Assembly: GCA_051294905.1 (NCBI GenBank)
Contig: CM119373.1
Span: 24,800,001 to 24,864,000 of the forward strand
Reading direction: 5' to 3'
Length of the DNA: 64,000 bases
Origin: Botryllus schlosseri
Lineage: Eukaryota
How positions within the stretch are numbered: position 1 is the stretch's first letter; every line of letters begins with the position of its first letter. The notes below the pieces were generated by a model. The model saw only the letters and a program-made list of their open reading frames with translations. It was not told where the DNA came from and ran no database searches. Below, piece by piece: positions 38,526-53,693 of this stretch. The position numbers were made by a program, and so were the translations under genes.

Positions 38526-39519
38526 CTGGTACAAGATAAACTCATTACAAATTGATATATTGAAGTATCATTCGCGGTATTTTTGTTTCCAATTGTCACG
38601 GTGTCAACGGTCAACCAGTAGACCGTAAACTATTCCGTATGTTTACGTCACGAATCATTTATCTGGTACTCGTTACACCTAAAAATAGTTTCCACTATAT
38701 ATCAATCAAGGAGTGCTAGAGTAGGTTCCAGGCTAGGGAGTCATTCACAATACCAGGAGTTGTTACGGTCGACTGCGGGACTGTCGATTGTTAGATGTCG
38801 GGGCCAAAGGGTAAAATTTTCATGATGCCTCATGAATAACTGTTGCCACGGAAACGTTGCGACGACCGGTTTATCACCATGTCACGATTTGACGATTATT
38901 ATTTGAGTTCAAATAGACACCTATAATTGCTCGTATGAAAAGGAAATCTCGTGGTTAGCGCTACTAGTCACGAAATTCCATTGATAGACTTACATGGAAC
39001 AAATCATTATGGGCAGCGTGCACCGTGTGTTTGGTAGTAACATCGCTAAGCTAGAACGCTTTCATTTGAATTGTCATCGTGTGTATGTTGAAACGCATTG
39101 CTTCATCTGTGCAGTTTTATGCTTAGTCATTACGACCCTAAACGCTTTCTGTTCCCTTCTGTGAATCATAAAAGATAGTTTCAAAATTAATTGGAAACAG
39201 GCGTGGCAAGTAATGAAGTACTTTCATTTTTTGGAGTAGCCTACTCCAGTACGTTTTGCCTACATTCGTTACTTATGCAATTTGTAACTATTTTGGTTTC
39301 CTGCCACTTCTCCCTAAGAGATATTTCGGAACAACGCCTCACTTTTCACAATTGAGATTATGAAAAGTAGATGGTAGTTTTGTGATAGGTTTGTATCAAT
39401 TTTATGAATGGAATACTCATGAGAACCACATAACGAATCTTCTGTATCACGTTAGTCGGATATCATTCCGACGACTCTACCAATATTTGTGTGATTAATC
39501 ATTGTGCGTTAGTCGCAAA

Positions 39520-39978
39520 CGGGACTGTGGATTCGGAGTCGTGGAGTCCAGTTGGGACTTTCGTCAAATCCTCTCGTTGGAGACGGAGTCACAGAAATTT
39601 CTTAGCACTCCTTGGAGTCGGAGTTGAAGAAGCACATACTGGCTGGAGCCGGAGTCGGAGTTTGTTAATATGCTCTGACTACGACTTCGAGTACTCCCAT
39701 GTACTTTAAAATCGATGCAAATGTTACTTAAACATACCGTTGCTATTACAGAAGTTATCAAGTTTCTCACGCTGTCGAACTATCACAAACTTCATTTCCT
39801 TCTGCGTTTTCATTATTTCTGCGAACCACACAAGTCTAATAATGCAGTAGATGTAAAATTTTCCGATATGATTTACACAAGAATGTCTGCGTCAGAGCTG
39901 GTGTCGGAGTTGGTATATCGAAAAAATCTGGAGTCGGAGTTGGGTTCGATTGTAAAAGGAACCGACTCCATAGCCCTG
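39520..39978 (+). mobile_element. hAT-like MITE with GGAGTCGGAG repeats
   Basis: Termini CGGGACTGTGGATTCGG / CCGACTCCATAGCCCTG. Flanks GTCGCAAA / GTCGCAAT (7/8). Confidence 0.82.
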
Positions 39979-40146
39979 GTCGCAATGTTACATCTTGACA
40001 GTTCGAAAATAATATAAAGTATGTAATTATAAACCCTTTGACCGACTTTACTCTTCAAAAGTACTTACATGGGATAGTTTCTGAACTTTCGTTTTTTTAC
40101 TGTCGCTTGAAGTAGATACGAAAGGTCTTGGAAATTGCAATTTGTA

Positions 40147-40669
40147 TGGGGCTGGGCAAAATCGAGTACCTGAGTGATTCGATTCTGAATCACGTAAAAT
40201 GCTTCGAGTCGAGTAATCGAGTATCACTCATTATGACGTCATAGCAGAATATTATTCGTCAAAGTTCAAATATGTACCTTTTAAGCGACCACAAAGAATA
40301 TAATGCCTGTTACCCATCATATTAAGGATACTTTGTTATTTTTTTTCGACCATACCGATTTCATTGCACTTGGTGACAATATTGTGGGATGATCATGACT
40401 TCGGAAATGTGCTATTTCCAGTAACGTTCGTAGCTTTGTACCTCATGTTTCGTATGCTACGATACGGCCAATCAAGGTTTCAAGGCTTCAACAGTGAAAT
40501 TAGCATAAACTCGTTGATCGTTGATAAACTCCTCGTTGATAAATCAACTTTCAGTGGTGAGGAGCGTATAATTTCAGTACTTGAAAAATAGTCTTTTATA
40601 CTCGACTCGAATCATTAAAATTAATACTCGATTCAGATTCGAGTACTCGAATCATTGTGCCCAGCCCTA
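40147..40669 (+). mobile_element. hAT (Ac-like TAGGGCTG termini) MITE
   Basis: TIRs TGGGGCTGGGCA / TGCCCAGCCCTA. Flanks AATTTGTA / AATTTTTA (7/8). CGAGTA / TACTCG subterminal motifs. Confidence 0.85.
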
Positions 40670-42679
40670 AATTTTTAATCGACTAGAATGCCACGACTTC
40701 ACTTCCATTTCCACGTGACATGCAACGCATACTATTTTGATCGACTATGATTGGAATCATGATGTGGACCCATGTTATGTCAGGGTCGATGGAATCTATT
40801 GGTTGCAATTGCATCTCGAAATGCCCACATTGTACAACAAATAAGTGTTTGTGATAACGACGGGAATTTAATATATATGGGAGGCATTGCTTGCTGACCC
40901 TGCACGCTATTGTTGATCACGAGCGGTCTCAATCGTGTGCAAATTTGCTTTCACAATATTTGTAACTTTCGGGTGTTGCACGGTTCAATCCTGAGACATT
41001 CTCCCATTCTTTATCACCCCGGAGTCACGGAATAAGTGCACGATTGTAATGCCGGGTGTGTATGTGTGAAGACAAGTTTACCTTCCGTGTAATATCATAG
41101 TTACCGAAAATGACAATCCAGGCTGAATATATACAGCGGGTAAATCATCGACGCCGCACATAAGGCTTGATCATTGGGATAAAAACGATAAAAGCACTGT
41201 CGATAAACGCCACGTACTACACTGTCGGGGAGTATTTTGAGCTTGTGGCCATCATATTATGGTAAAAGTTCTCCAATTAACAATAGGGTTGATTGACTTT
41301 GATGCTAGTCTTCTACGTGATGGCATCACTCTGCATATGCGGCGCCTGTACATAACCATGGGACGATGTTGACATTTTGGGAAATATATATATGGTGTTG
41401 GGATCAAAATCCATAATTACTAGATGCCATCACAAAACTACAGGCAAGCAATAACTGCTTATCGACTGAAACAGCTTCGCGTTCTAAAGAGAATAATTTC
41501 GTTAACAATTATGTAATACACACACTTCATTGCGAGGAATTCGCTGGAAAATATTCAACTCATTATCGAAACTAATTCATTATGCTTTGTTGAGGAATTT
41601 GAAAATCTACTTTATTTTAATTCGGAAACTCCAGTTCATGAAATACCCTCCGTGCCATTTCACTATCGAAATAGCATGATTACAACTTTACCTTTACACA
41701 TGAAGAACTACAATCCCCTAGAAATGCCCGGGCAGCTACTATCTTACTTCAGCAGAACCCTAACCGCATTTATTTTAGGAACAAATTATACATTCCGATT
41801 TATAAAGAAGCAAACATCGCACCTGACCGATCACGCGATCTCAATGTATTTTGGTGACAGTTTGATCTGCTTAATCGTTAACATATTTAAAGGGTGCCCG
41901 GTTTATTTCTAGCAGATGAAATCTCGAGGCGGTTCATGTTTATTTTCCCACGAGTAATTACCAACAGCATGTGATTTGAAATAGTCATGGTGGTGACTTC
42001 GCCACCTTTCTCGATTGGAAAGTAATACCGTATATCCGCTGAGCGTGGCCTGTCCTTACGAATCGTTTAAAACGGTGCCATTAATCACGAGATATACCAT
42101 ACGCTGTGAACTTAGGTTAATGTGGGATTTAAGGTCGTGTTCATTACTCAGAAAAATATACTTGACTTCATAAATCGACTGCTACGATTTATCAGCAGGT
42201 TTGCAACTTTTGCTAACACGAAAGCAGCATTTGCTTACCAACAGATCATTGCATGTACACTGTACAGCGGCTGCAGCTTGTAACTATATTTTCGACGTGA
42301 CGTCAAAACAACTACTATAGCTACTTACGATGATATCGGTATGCCACAAACTGGTCTTATTCACTACTTACTGTATAGTGGCGAATCCATATTGTAAATT
42401 GTGATAGCAATCGGTCAAAATAAATATAATTGATGAATTACGTGGACTTACGATCTCCGTAGAATGGAAGGCAAGTATCCACACTTAACCGTAAACACAT
42501 TCGGATTGTGAGATTGTCGTTAGCGTATAGCATTGAAGCTCGAACTTCCTTTACAGTTTAGGGACTAGTGGATATGTTTTATTGGCATTGATACTATCTC
42601 AACGACATTACATTATTATACTCCACTTATTACACCCTTCACTTTTATCCCGGAAATACAGACCTTCACCATATCTCAC

Positions 42680-42819
42680 CTTGGTTCGGGGCGTTTTTGA
42701 AAGATGGTGAGAGGGAGCAAATATACCTGGAGCATTTGAATGGCGATTCTGGAAAGGATCTCTGTCGGACTGAAACCCGTAACCCGTCAGTGTTGCAGCG
42801 GTGGAACGTACCGCAACTT
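42680..42819 (-). CDS. Candidate internal exon (phase 1-0)
   Basis: ataattag|AA ... AAG|gtgaga. GC-richer, VAVRSTAATLTGYGFQSDRDPFQNRHSNAPGIFAPSHHLSKTPRTK. Confidence 0.35.
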
Positions 42820-43048
42820 CTAATTATCACCAGTAGATCTCGTGCGATTCCTGCGATCAAATAGTTAACGAATACGTCGCAAGGGAATTCTACCCGGCCG
42901 GAGGTCTTAGTTGAACTCGTGGTGGTATGAGATGGTATAAAACAATGCATGTAATATCGAGTCTTATATTTTATCGCAGGTTCAATCTGATATCATTACT
43001 ATGCGGTGCCGACCAGTGTTTGGATTAAGTTACTGTCTTTGGCTAGCA

Positions 43049-44303
43049 CAGTGATTCCCAACCTTTTTTGGCTCATCGCCCCCTCATCATGCTCGACACA
43101 AATTTTCGCCCTCCATATATACGGATCCAAAAAACGCGGCATATCAAAAGGATATATATTTACTGGGGATGGTGTGAAGCTCTGTAAAGTTCAGGTTCGT
43201 GTGACGTTTAAAACGTCGCCAAATGCATCAACTGGGGCAATCAAATAACATGATAATCCTCTGAAATCAATATCCTCCGTCGCCTTGCCAACAATTGCGA
43301 CGAGGACTGTCAAGGGAATGTAAGCTTACGTTATAGCGGTCTGGGCCAGACCGGACAATGTAGTCGGCGTCTGAGTCTGAGTATTGCTACGTTGATATTG
43401 AGCAGAGTGCGAAACGGGTTTCTATACTTGCTACCGATATTACCCGAATAGTATAGTAGCCAACACCCCAATCGCACGGATTTGGATTTTATGATACAAT
43501 AAACATATCAAGTCAAGATTGACCGAGTATACGTGTTTTTTTTTACATTAGAGAACGATGTTAATTTCATTGGTTGGTTTAATAAGCATCATTGGATGAC
43601 TATCTATGGAGTGTATGTCGGATGTTGATTTTGATGTTATGTGATTGCGGGTCAAGCCCACAGCAGAGAGTCACTAAATATTCACAAACGGAAAGCTGGA
43701 TATTTCGAGCAAACTTGTGGAACAAAGCAAGTACAATTTTTAAGATTGTCAAGGTGGATGTTCCTTTAGCTTTGATTTTTTTAAATAGTTCCAGCGTCAT
43801 GCATAGAGTGGTCCGCAGTTGAAATGCAATAAGTTTCAACCAAAGATGTTATAATGAAGTGACAATTGTGATATATGAAAAAGGTTCGCAGTGCGGAACC
43901 TAACAAGGTGGGTTTGTGAACGCGAACCTCTAAATTTTTGAGGTTCACACACAGAACGCGAACGCGAACCCCACGTTAACACCATCCCTAATATGTATTC
44001 ATCTCTGATCGCTGGTGAATTGACTAGAAAAGAAACGTCATTTTCCGAGTAGGTGCTGAGAAAACCGGCTTCTTCTATACTACTTCTCCTTGGAGTTGAC
44101 ATTTTCTCTGGTAAACTTTCGCATCATATGCAGAATAAGCCGTGTTCACGTGAATTTTGTGGCAATGGTAATTAAATATGTCTCACTGGACGCGCTAGCA
44201 TTTCGCCCCCTGTCGCCCCCCAATCGCCCCCTTTGGTATTTTTCCCCCCTTGTTTCTCAAAATGACACACTGGGGTTGATATCGCCAGCGTTGGGAACCA
44301 CTG
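43049..44303 (+). mobile_element. Charlie-like hAT element enlarged by internal insertions
   Basis: TIRs CAGTGATTCCCAAC / GTTGGGAACCACTG. Flanks GGCTAGCA / GTCTATCA (6/8). TCGCCCCC subterminal repeats. A GTTCGC / GCGAAC-rich relic lies at ~43880-43980. Confidence 0.65.
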
Positions 44304-47300
44304 GTCTATCAAGTTCTTTCGAATCAATTCAAGTTTTGACTAGGGTCATACTAAAATCATCTCTAGATTGTTCAAATCATGTGATCTCAAATATTTCGAT
44401 TTCTAGTATATTTCAAGACAGCGAAAAATCATTTGAGTTAATTTGCGGATGAAAACGCATCTGCTAGAATAGCGGAGGACCCCGCCAAACTTTTCAAAGT
44501 TGGTGCGTTGCCATTTTTGGCATACTAAGACTATATGATTCGTGAGTTATTTATGTTTGGACAAAGTTCATAGACGGCAATCAGCAAGCGCACAATACGC
44601 CTGTACGGACGTATGATTAGGTGAAACAATTTCAATGCTTAATCGCCCAACATGAAACAAACGCTGACGTGTGTTCGGTTCACAATCCCACGGACAAGTC
44701 AATAAACAAATCAATAAATCAAATTTAATCAGCTTTGGGACTTCTTTCGCATCGAATATTTGTTCGACAATTTAAGCATACATGTTTTGATTTGTATTTT
44801 ACATAACAATGATTAAGCGACGCTTGCATGTCGCATACACTTTACATAACGTTTGAAGTATGCATTAAAATGTTAGGCAGGCACGACAATATCAGGTTAT
44901 ATAAGAATATAATTCTTGAATATTTATAGCCTACACCGTTCGAAAGTCCGTCAAATAAGAAAAAGGGGATTTGCTTGCTTCAATATACCTCTAAGTATAA
45001 CCTGACATTTAGAGTAAATAGAGAACAAATGTTTTTTCGCACATAACCCATATGTATTCAATGCTGGCTGATCTCATACGGCCCGAATGATTAGACCATT
45101 CGGATTAGGGATTACGGTTTCACGGTAATTCAGTAAAACGTGAGGTCGTAAGGGTATTTAATGTTGTTAAACAACCGCAATATAGCCTACAATAACAAAT
45201 TGCAATTTGACTCTCGAGATATACAAGTAGCAGCTGGAGATAGGTAATCTACCTACCATCATGTTTTTAATATCTAAGGATGTTTATCCATAGATTCAGG
45301 TACTTGGATGTTCGTTTAATAACTTTAAACAAATTTCAAGAGTTCGCATTTGTAGTTAAAATTCTCCCGTATCCCTCACAGTGCATCAAGGCTATATTAA
45401 TAATAGTAAACAAAAACACACCAACTTATGACGTCGTGACCACACGATTAGAACCATTGTTTTATTTATATAAAACTACATCAAATCGGCCAATCATTGT
45501 AGATGTGCCAATTACAGTGTTTGTGAATAATGGCTTTACTAGAAAAGAGAACCTCTGATCTATAATGATGAGTAGTATGCATATAGGCTACAATGGAGCA
45601 TTCGACTGATAACAAAGGTAATGGATTTGGCGCAATAACATTTGGCATCATTTACCAGATCAAACTCCTCTGTAGCGATCGAAACGTTTGAATCCAGGCC
45701 ACGACCCAAATTGAGTTATATACCACTGGTCAAACCTAATACTCTACTATGGTACGTCGAATCATATTACTCCATGGTACGGCTATCGTGAGTATTTTCC
45801 GAGAATTTATCAAAACAGGAAAATATTCAAGATATATATGAACCTATTTGTGCGGCCCCGTATTGTATTGTATCATAATAATAGATAACCGATTGTCACC
45901 AATGTATACGGTCGCAAGCTTCTGCTGTACAGTCCGTTTCAATATTCATCCGCCAAAATACCGAATGAGCGACAGCAGTTGCTAATGATGGATCGCAAAA
46001 GACGGTAATTCCTCACTTTACTGAAATGTCTCATGCGAGCCCGTAATTTGTCATAAGCCATTCGTTACGACAAACTTATGAAAGCCAATTACCCGCGACT
46101 GTAGCATTATGGATGGTGTCAAATATTCTTCGCATAAGTCCAAATAAACTAGTAGGGTGTTATAGCGAAGTTGAATACTATAGGAGTTAGAAATAACGGT
46201 ACCAAGCTGTTGATAAGTGTATAGCGAAATGTAGAATTCTAGAATTTGATATTACGAAATCTATATAAGGACATGAACGTCATAGCGTTAAAACAACTCG
46301 TTAAGATTCAATTTAACGCAAGTTGAACCAAAGAGATTGCATTGAATACAAACTTCGATAGGGCGTAACCCTATACGATATACGTATACTGTAATTCAAA
46401 GATGACTTCGTGGAAACATTAAATTCTCATCCTTTCAGTGTTCCACTGACGTCAATAACACAAATACAGCAAACTGTAGAGATTTCTGATGGGTTAAATG
46501 ATAATGTTGAAGTCTTTGAAAAAGGACAACACATAATTACTATCGCTGACCAATGACATGCTGTCAATAGGAAAAATTAGAACTGCGGCAGCATTAGGCA
46601 GATGACTAGGTTAGGCTACCGCTAGGTCTTGTCAGGCATTTCAAACGTAGTGACTTGGCGTTTCAAACATTCTAAGACGACAGTACTCGCAGGATATTTA
46701 TGTTAGTTGATAATATTGACGCATGCAGGGTATACTCCAAGCTAATATTAGCTGAGTACAATGTAAATGTGAACGAAAATCGGACTCCGAGTCCAGATTC
46801 ATGCGTAGAGTCAGAGTCAAGTCAAGTCACTGATCATTCGAGTCAAGTGATTTTTCCGTAGTCACTCGAGTCAAGTGATGTCGTTCACAAAGTCCGCGTC
46901 CAGTCGTCTTTAAACTGGTTTCTTTTCTGCTGATACTAGCTTATCCAGCAGTCATTGTTCGTGGAATTAGAATTATTCCCGGATATCGGCCGGAATATCA
47001 ACATTTGTATTCAAGATCGTCCTGGCAAACTATATCAACAAATGCCAGGCCCGTTCAATGATCATTGATTCATCCAAGAAGAGGATACGCATATTCTTCT
47101 ATGCACTGTGCATCAATATTACTCAGTCAACCACTGATACCTATGCACATTACACAGGTATCCTATGTCAACTAAACTACATAGAGGACTACCATCAGTG
47201 GTGGTCAGAGTAGTCAGTATAGCTGCTCCAGCGGAATTAGATGTAGGCCTACTGCAATAAAGTTCCACTGGATTACAAGCAGAAGTGGCGATTTCCAAAA

Positions 47301-47712
47301 CATGTAGCATCTAATTCAAGCGAATGTAGAAATTGAAAAGTCTGACTAGTACTCAAGTAAGTATAAATGAGCAAGTAGATATGGTTGAGGGATCACAATA
47401 CCTTTGGCAGCAGGAGTGGTGGAAATTTAAAATTACATGATCCACGCAATCTTTGCGACTAATAGAAATTTACTAATGACGCAAGAATTTGGTGCCGTCC
47501 ACGTAAATAGATTCAGGTACCATGATACAGAGGCTAAAAATTTGACATGATTATTATGAGAATCCCAATGGAAAATGCAATGCAAACTATTCCCAAAACT
47601 ATTTTCTACTTTCAAAAATCGTAAGTGTGAAAATTTACTAATTTTGAATAGCGAATTGTTATGGAGTTGGAGGCAGTCTATAAACATACAGCCCCGTGGT
47701 TACATAGTGCAG

Positions 47713-47884
47713 GTCGAACACTACGAGATCGAATACACAGCAGTCGAATATGTCAGTGACCTGTGCTCGATTTCATCACCGGAGACAATATTTAGAAATC
47801 ATAGCCAAAGTAGCGGAGTTGGCTTTATCTTGAAATGTCGATTAACGGATCCGCACATGGTTATTCCGGTCGTCGAATTTAGAC
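47713..47884 (+). CDS. Candidate plus-strand exon (phase 0-1)
   Basis: acatagtgcag|GTC ... AGA C|gtatgt. Encodes VEHYEIEYTAVEYVSDLCSISSPETIFRNHSQSSGVGFILKCRLTDPHMVIPVVEFR. Confidence 0.25.
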
Positions 47885-50800
47885 GTATGTGATTGTATTA
47901 TAGCTGGTGGTCCTGGTGCGCAAGCCTCTAGTAGTCAAGCACCGTAAAATCCCTTATACATGCGTCAAAGTGGAAGTGCTACGTTCCTGGCCACCTCTGT
48001 CAACAATGCATGTTATGACGAATTATTATTGCCGACCTAATACTCGCACCTGTTAACAATACAGATATAAGCGAGAATCTAATCCGCAATTCATCAACAT
48101 GTATGCCGGAACGTTGACGAAAGATTTCGACGCTTCGCGTGGGAATGCTGGCACGCTCACACGCAAATAGAGACGCAGGATTATCACACCATTACGTCCT
48201 TGTCGTATACTGTGAGTGATCGCGCGACTCTCATCATGTATACGGCAACTACTATTGTTACAGAGTGGCATGATTTATAACAGAAAGCGTCCGCGGCCCG
48301 AGTAGACGATGATGTGTCTCAGGTTGTGACATTTACAAACTGCTCCGGTAACCACGATAATTCTCTGATGTAAAGGAATTTTAGATAACATCGAAGATGA
48401 ATGCCTTTCCAGCAAAACTTTGAGATGGAGCCATTCGTTTTATTTCTCAGCACAGATTGTACACAATACGTCGTGGCGAGAGTTACGTTATGGTAGGTTC
48501 AATACTGTGTCAATGCTGCATAATCTATAAGTAATATATAACTTATGGCTTGTTGAGATAAGATACCATACCCGTCACAAAATGGTTTCCATTCAACCAA
48601 GCGAAAATATTCGTATGAGTTTTAAGAAGAAATGACCTGTAACAAAGTAGCGTTACTTGTTCGAAGTATTCAAGCAGGATATATAGTCACTGTCACTAAT
48701 TACTCAGGTAGGTTTGCTCCATGACTACTCTCACCGTAACCGTTTTCCAACTACAAACTACTTACTTTGTCATTGGGAATTCGGTAAAGTATAAAGTAGT
48801 TTCTTAAATAGCTTCCATCACTGATATGAAAGAAAATGTCATGACAATCGAGCTAAAACGCCCCTACACCGCGGGAAGTATGGAGCTATTTCCACCGTTA
48901 TGAGTAATTTCGTGAAGATGCATTTGTCAATTTGGAAAGTAGTCACATCTTATCGATTACTAGAATTATGCTACGCGACGCCTCGATCAAATATGCTTCT
49001 GACACTTTTTTTCGACTTCATATCATTAATATACTAATGCATTGAGGACTCCAAATTCGAGGGAAACGTATCTCCGAAATGAATTAATCAGAATGTATTA
49101 TCTCGCTTCAAGCAAATAGCCAACCTGTTTTTACGAGTAAGCAGGAAATATGTTTACTTGGTTTCGTGAATTCTATTTTCCTTCGATGATTACCAGGCAA
49201 CAGCGAACGTGTATTCTACGAACGAAATCGCGATATCAAATGTCGTAATCAGGGAATATCTTTTCGATATCACCATCAAGGTACATCATCGGTTTTTGCG
49301 AACTTGTGTTGTAACTCACGAAGGTTCGCGGTGACGAGCGTAGCAAATTTCTTCAGAAGATGCAAACTAAGTATTACTCGCACATCAAATTGAAATTATG
49401 GATTCCCGCTCTATCTCTAGCATTCCCCTGGAACTTGGGATACTACAAGAATATTGTAGGCAGTTTTTAATTATTGTTTAGTATTAATGACGTATCAAAA
49501 TCTATACGGTTATATTACACAATGAAGATGTTGCTTATTATGATTCCTGAGATGTTGACTAATAAGGCGACTCATTTTTGTCCTGGACTTTTGGTAGGAC
49601 ATCGCTTATCCTCATCAGACGATGAGGAGGAGTCTAAAATGATGAAGGTTGCGATTGTTGTAAATTAATTTCTCATTTTACGACGCCAGACATGGTGGAC
49701 CAAACATTTGTACATATTTCCGAGCCTTATCAAATAATTTCTTTGTGGACGCCCGTTAAAAATAGACATCGAAATAGGTCTCTCTTGTAAGCTTTGTCGC
49801 GGTAGCTCTTGCAAATTTTGTTCAATCAATAGACGTGTGAACGTGGGAATCTACCGCAGTCCTATCCAGCGGTGCAGTCGTGGCGGCAGATCAATAAAAA
49901 AATAAATCTAGATTGATTGTGTTCTTGGTATTCCACATGGAAAAGCATGTACGCGTAGATAAACAGTAAATAAACAAGACCTTTTAATGGAAATGATGAT
50001 TGAATTCTAGATGAAAAGATGGAGCATGATCCGGATTGTCGTAAACAATGCAAAAGAATAAGATTTAGATTTTCATTTGCAGGACAGTGATTTCCATAAT
50101 TTAATTGTTTTCATTGACAATAATTATGCGATGTTTATCAACCTTAACTTAGCCGCGTGATAAAATAGCAAGATCCCGCTGTTGGTCTATTGAAACAATA
50201 CGGATATTAACGCAGTAATTCAAAATATTATGAGTTATTAGTCTTGATTGCGTTTATGCGCCATCAACTGAAATTGTAGTACCCAAATATAGTCAGTAAC
50301 GAAATACTTCTACTCTTTCGGCGAACTCATGTCGGTTTGCCGTCTTGCATTAGTTACTCGAGGGTTTGTGTAATTGAAATACTTCGACTTATACGTGTAT
50401 ACTGGATAGTTCTGTAGACGAGAATACGAATTATTTAAATTTAATATTTTTAAATGTAGAAAGCAGTTTGGGGATAAGTTTGGATCCCTCTTACGTGTGA
50501 AACGGTCACACCAACAGTTTGAAATATCTACCACAGTAACCTTCGAAATACTTTCAAATGTTGTACTTATACTTGTAGCATCATCGTATGTATTTTTCGT
50601 TGATTGCGAAGATGCATCTTGCAATTTCCCCAAAAGCCATCGTCTATTAACTGCCAAAAGAATGTGACCCCGCCACCCAATATACTTTTCGAAGTTATTT
50701 ACGTAAATACTCTACGGATCATTCATTTTTTACTGTCGAATAAATTCGTTTTGACCCGTCTTGGACATCGCTGCTTGTATAATTGAATGTAAATTTAGTA

Positions 50801-53086
50801 TAACTTTACTTCTACCTCTACCTGAGTAGCATCGCTGCTTACTTTGACCAGCTACTTTTATATATAATTTGAGACCCAGCGATGATGTTAACATGAGCTT
50901 CGCTAAACTTCGCAATATTAAATTGCCGTTTTTAGTAATGATCAAGTCTTTCACACTTCCCTAACCACAATACCTGATGTGGGGCGCTATACTATATCCG
51001 CTATATCCGTGGTACAATATATGTAGGGTAAATTGCGAATTGTAACATTTTCGATGGTAGGGATTATATATTAGTCGATACACATATCGTTTTGGCAATG
51101 GTATAAAGAGTCCGTATTTCAATTTAGGTTATGAGCGGCTATGAAAAACAGAAACGATCATCTTCGTAACCGACTGTTCTCAAGTGCACTGTATATATAG
51201 ATAGCATAGATGTATACATATTTTGACCGATTCCTAAAATATGGCTGCTGTTTCAATGTTATCTATCTCGATATTTTGTCAGTACAGATGGAAACACAGA
51301 TATTGGATTGAAATCAAGTTATACAACTAGCCTATCTGTCTATAATTCCGCAACGAGGAGAATGTCTGAGGGCATAATCAATTTCCCGGTAACTTATCTT
51401 ATTTCATCACCATGTTTGAGAAGTATGACGACAATAAGATGAAAATATTTTCTCGATAGACCTGGATGATATGATAGCTAATTGGTTCGAAAACTGGCGC
51501 ATGAGCAGTGTGACCAGTGGAAAAGTACCAGAGATTGTAATGCAGTTTGATCTGGGATTCAGTGTAGAAACATTGCTCTTGCTTAGATAGGATTTTCGAT
51601 GTTTTTCAATATGAATGAAGATTTCTTGATTGCAGCATTTTGGAGATTTGAATGTTTTACTGACAACCCTGTGTTTCATCATGGCAAACCCTTTTTGATG
51701 CTGGCCATGCTTTCTTTGTTAGGATCTTGTATGATCATGGGATAATATTTCATCATTTTCGTTTCCCAACATTCCTATCTCATTATGATTTGCCTTTCTC
51801 AACATTCTTATTTCACTCATTGTGGCGAAAATAAAAGTCTCAAAACCGAAATGACTTTGATGAGGACTGATGAAAAGATAAAAACCGCAGTCGTACATAC
51901 TTAGCCATTATAAAACCTGTCCAACATATCATGTGGCGGAAACTCTACACTGAAACCATAAAATAGATGTAGTATTGAAATATAAAATTGGTATTTTGTT
52001 TCAGAAAATGATGGATGTGGATAGAAGGCCAAATATAAATGATAGAACGTGTAATATATATAATGAATGATGTATTATCATTACCAATCTGCAGAAATTG
52101 AATCGTTCCAACACTCAACTAATATACTGACTAGGGTCCACATATGAGCATTGCCTACATTCTTCATACAACAATTCAGTAAATAAACGTCGCTTGCATT
52201 GAATTCTACCCCCATATCGTATTCAGCGTGAAGCGTACCATGTGAACCGCATTCACATTCTCAACTTACAGAGGTATAACCAACATAACCAATCCCTTTC
52301 TTTGAGTCACAAACATGATCGGTCGATCATGTCTGTAGTCAGGATAAAATCTTAGGAAACCGGGAACCCCGAGACCACTATTTCGGCATACATTTCCACA
52401 CGGAATGTATTTATCAGCTTTGAACTAGGCCTATAGCTCATGTAATCCGCGTTAAAGTCTTACGTGCAACACACCATCAGGTTTATCGCATTCAGTGAAT
52501 ATACCTTGATACGTTGTTGACAAGATTGCCTTCATGTTTTGGGTTATCGTTTCGGTATGTCCGAATCGTTATCTGCCCCCAAATCCTATGTATACCTTCC
52601 GAAATATGATTGACAGTGCCAACAAACACCCTCAATTCAAATTGACGAAAAAAAATTCCCTCGCCCCTAAGTATGTAGCCTACTGGTATGTAAATATGAA
52701 TGATGAAGCATATTATCACCCTTATATAGATTATAGGAAGATTCTAAGTAACAACCTGTCGAAAATTGCAAGGTAGCGTACAAGTTGTAATCTCACTTGA
52801 CAACAGAAACTATATTCTCCCGTATCTGCTGTTTAGAAAACCGATTCGTTACGCCGCCGTAACGATGCGACGGTTACATAATAGATAACCCTCTGTTTAT
52901 TTACACATCGTGATCAATAGATAGCATGTGTTCTTCAAATAGTTTCTTTGTACTTAGACTGCCGCGTACCCTATTCTTTTCAAAAGTGAGAAGACGGCTG
53001 TCTAAATTAGCATCGGTCACTTTGAATGAGACAATCGCAATCCAGTTTTTCACGAATGACGTCTTCGGGATCCATCGAGTCGAGAC

Positions 53087-53693
53087 CAGTGATGAGCATC
53101 GGAGCGGAGTCGGAGTATATTCGGAGCGGAGTTTTGCCGATTTTGTGACAGTAGGAGCGGAGTCGGAGTTTAGTATAGATATGTTTTCGGAGATTTTCGG
53201 AGTGTTGTAACTTTTGTCCCCGATATCTTTGAGTAGCTCCGAAGAAGACACTATTGATTACAAACCAAACACAGACAGTTGCCACCATCTAAAGTTGTAA
53301 TATGACGGGTAACATGCAAAAATGATTGCCAAGTGCATAAAAATCAGTTATCCGCACTGCAATTGGGGACTGGAGAGTAGACAATACTATAAGGCCAACC
53401 ATATTATCACATTTATTAAGTAAAACACATTACCACGTGTACCATGCTTGTCACTTTAATGATATCGTTAAAATGGTATATGATTGGCCACGAGCTATCT
53501 TAACCTGGTGATTTAGCATGGCATTTTCGTTAAGCAGTGTCTGTAGTGTCTGATTTTTCGGATACTGGACGAGATTCTTCGGAGTATCTCGGAGTCTGGG
53601 ATTGAGCTCTTCGGAGTCGGAGGGAGTTTTCCTCATACACTAAAGTTGTCGGGGGGATTCGAAGTCTCGAAAAGCACTATCTGCTCATCACTG
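53087..53693 (+). mobile_element. hAT-like MITE with GGAGCGGAGTCGGAG repeats
   Basis: Perfect 12-bp TIRs CAGTGATGAGCA / TGCTCATCACTG. Perfect 8-bp TSD GTCGAGAC. Confidence 0.92.

Noticed and set aside
50541-50650. Possible minus exon after attcttttggcag (similar candidates at ~51690-51815 and ~21640-21745)
   Set aside because: Two frames are equally open and nothing links them to the better-supported chains.
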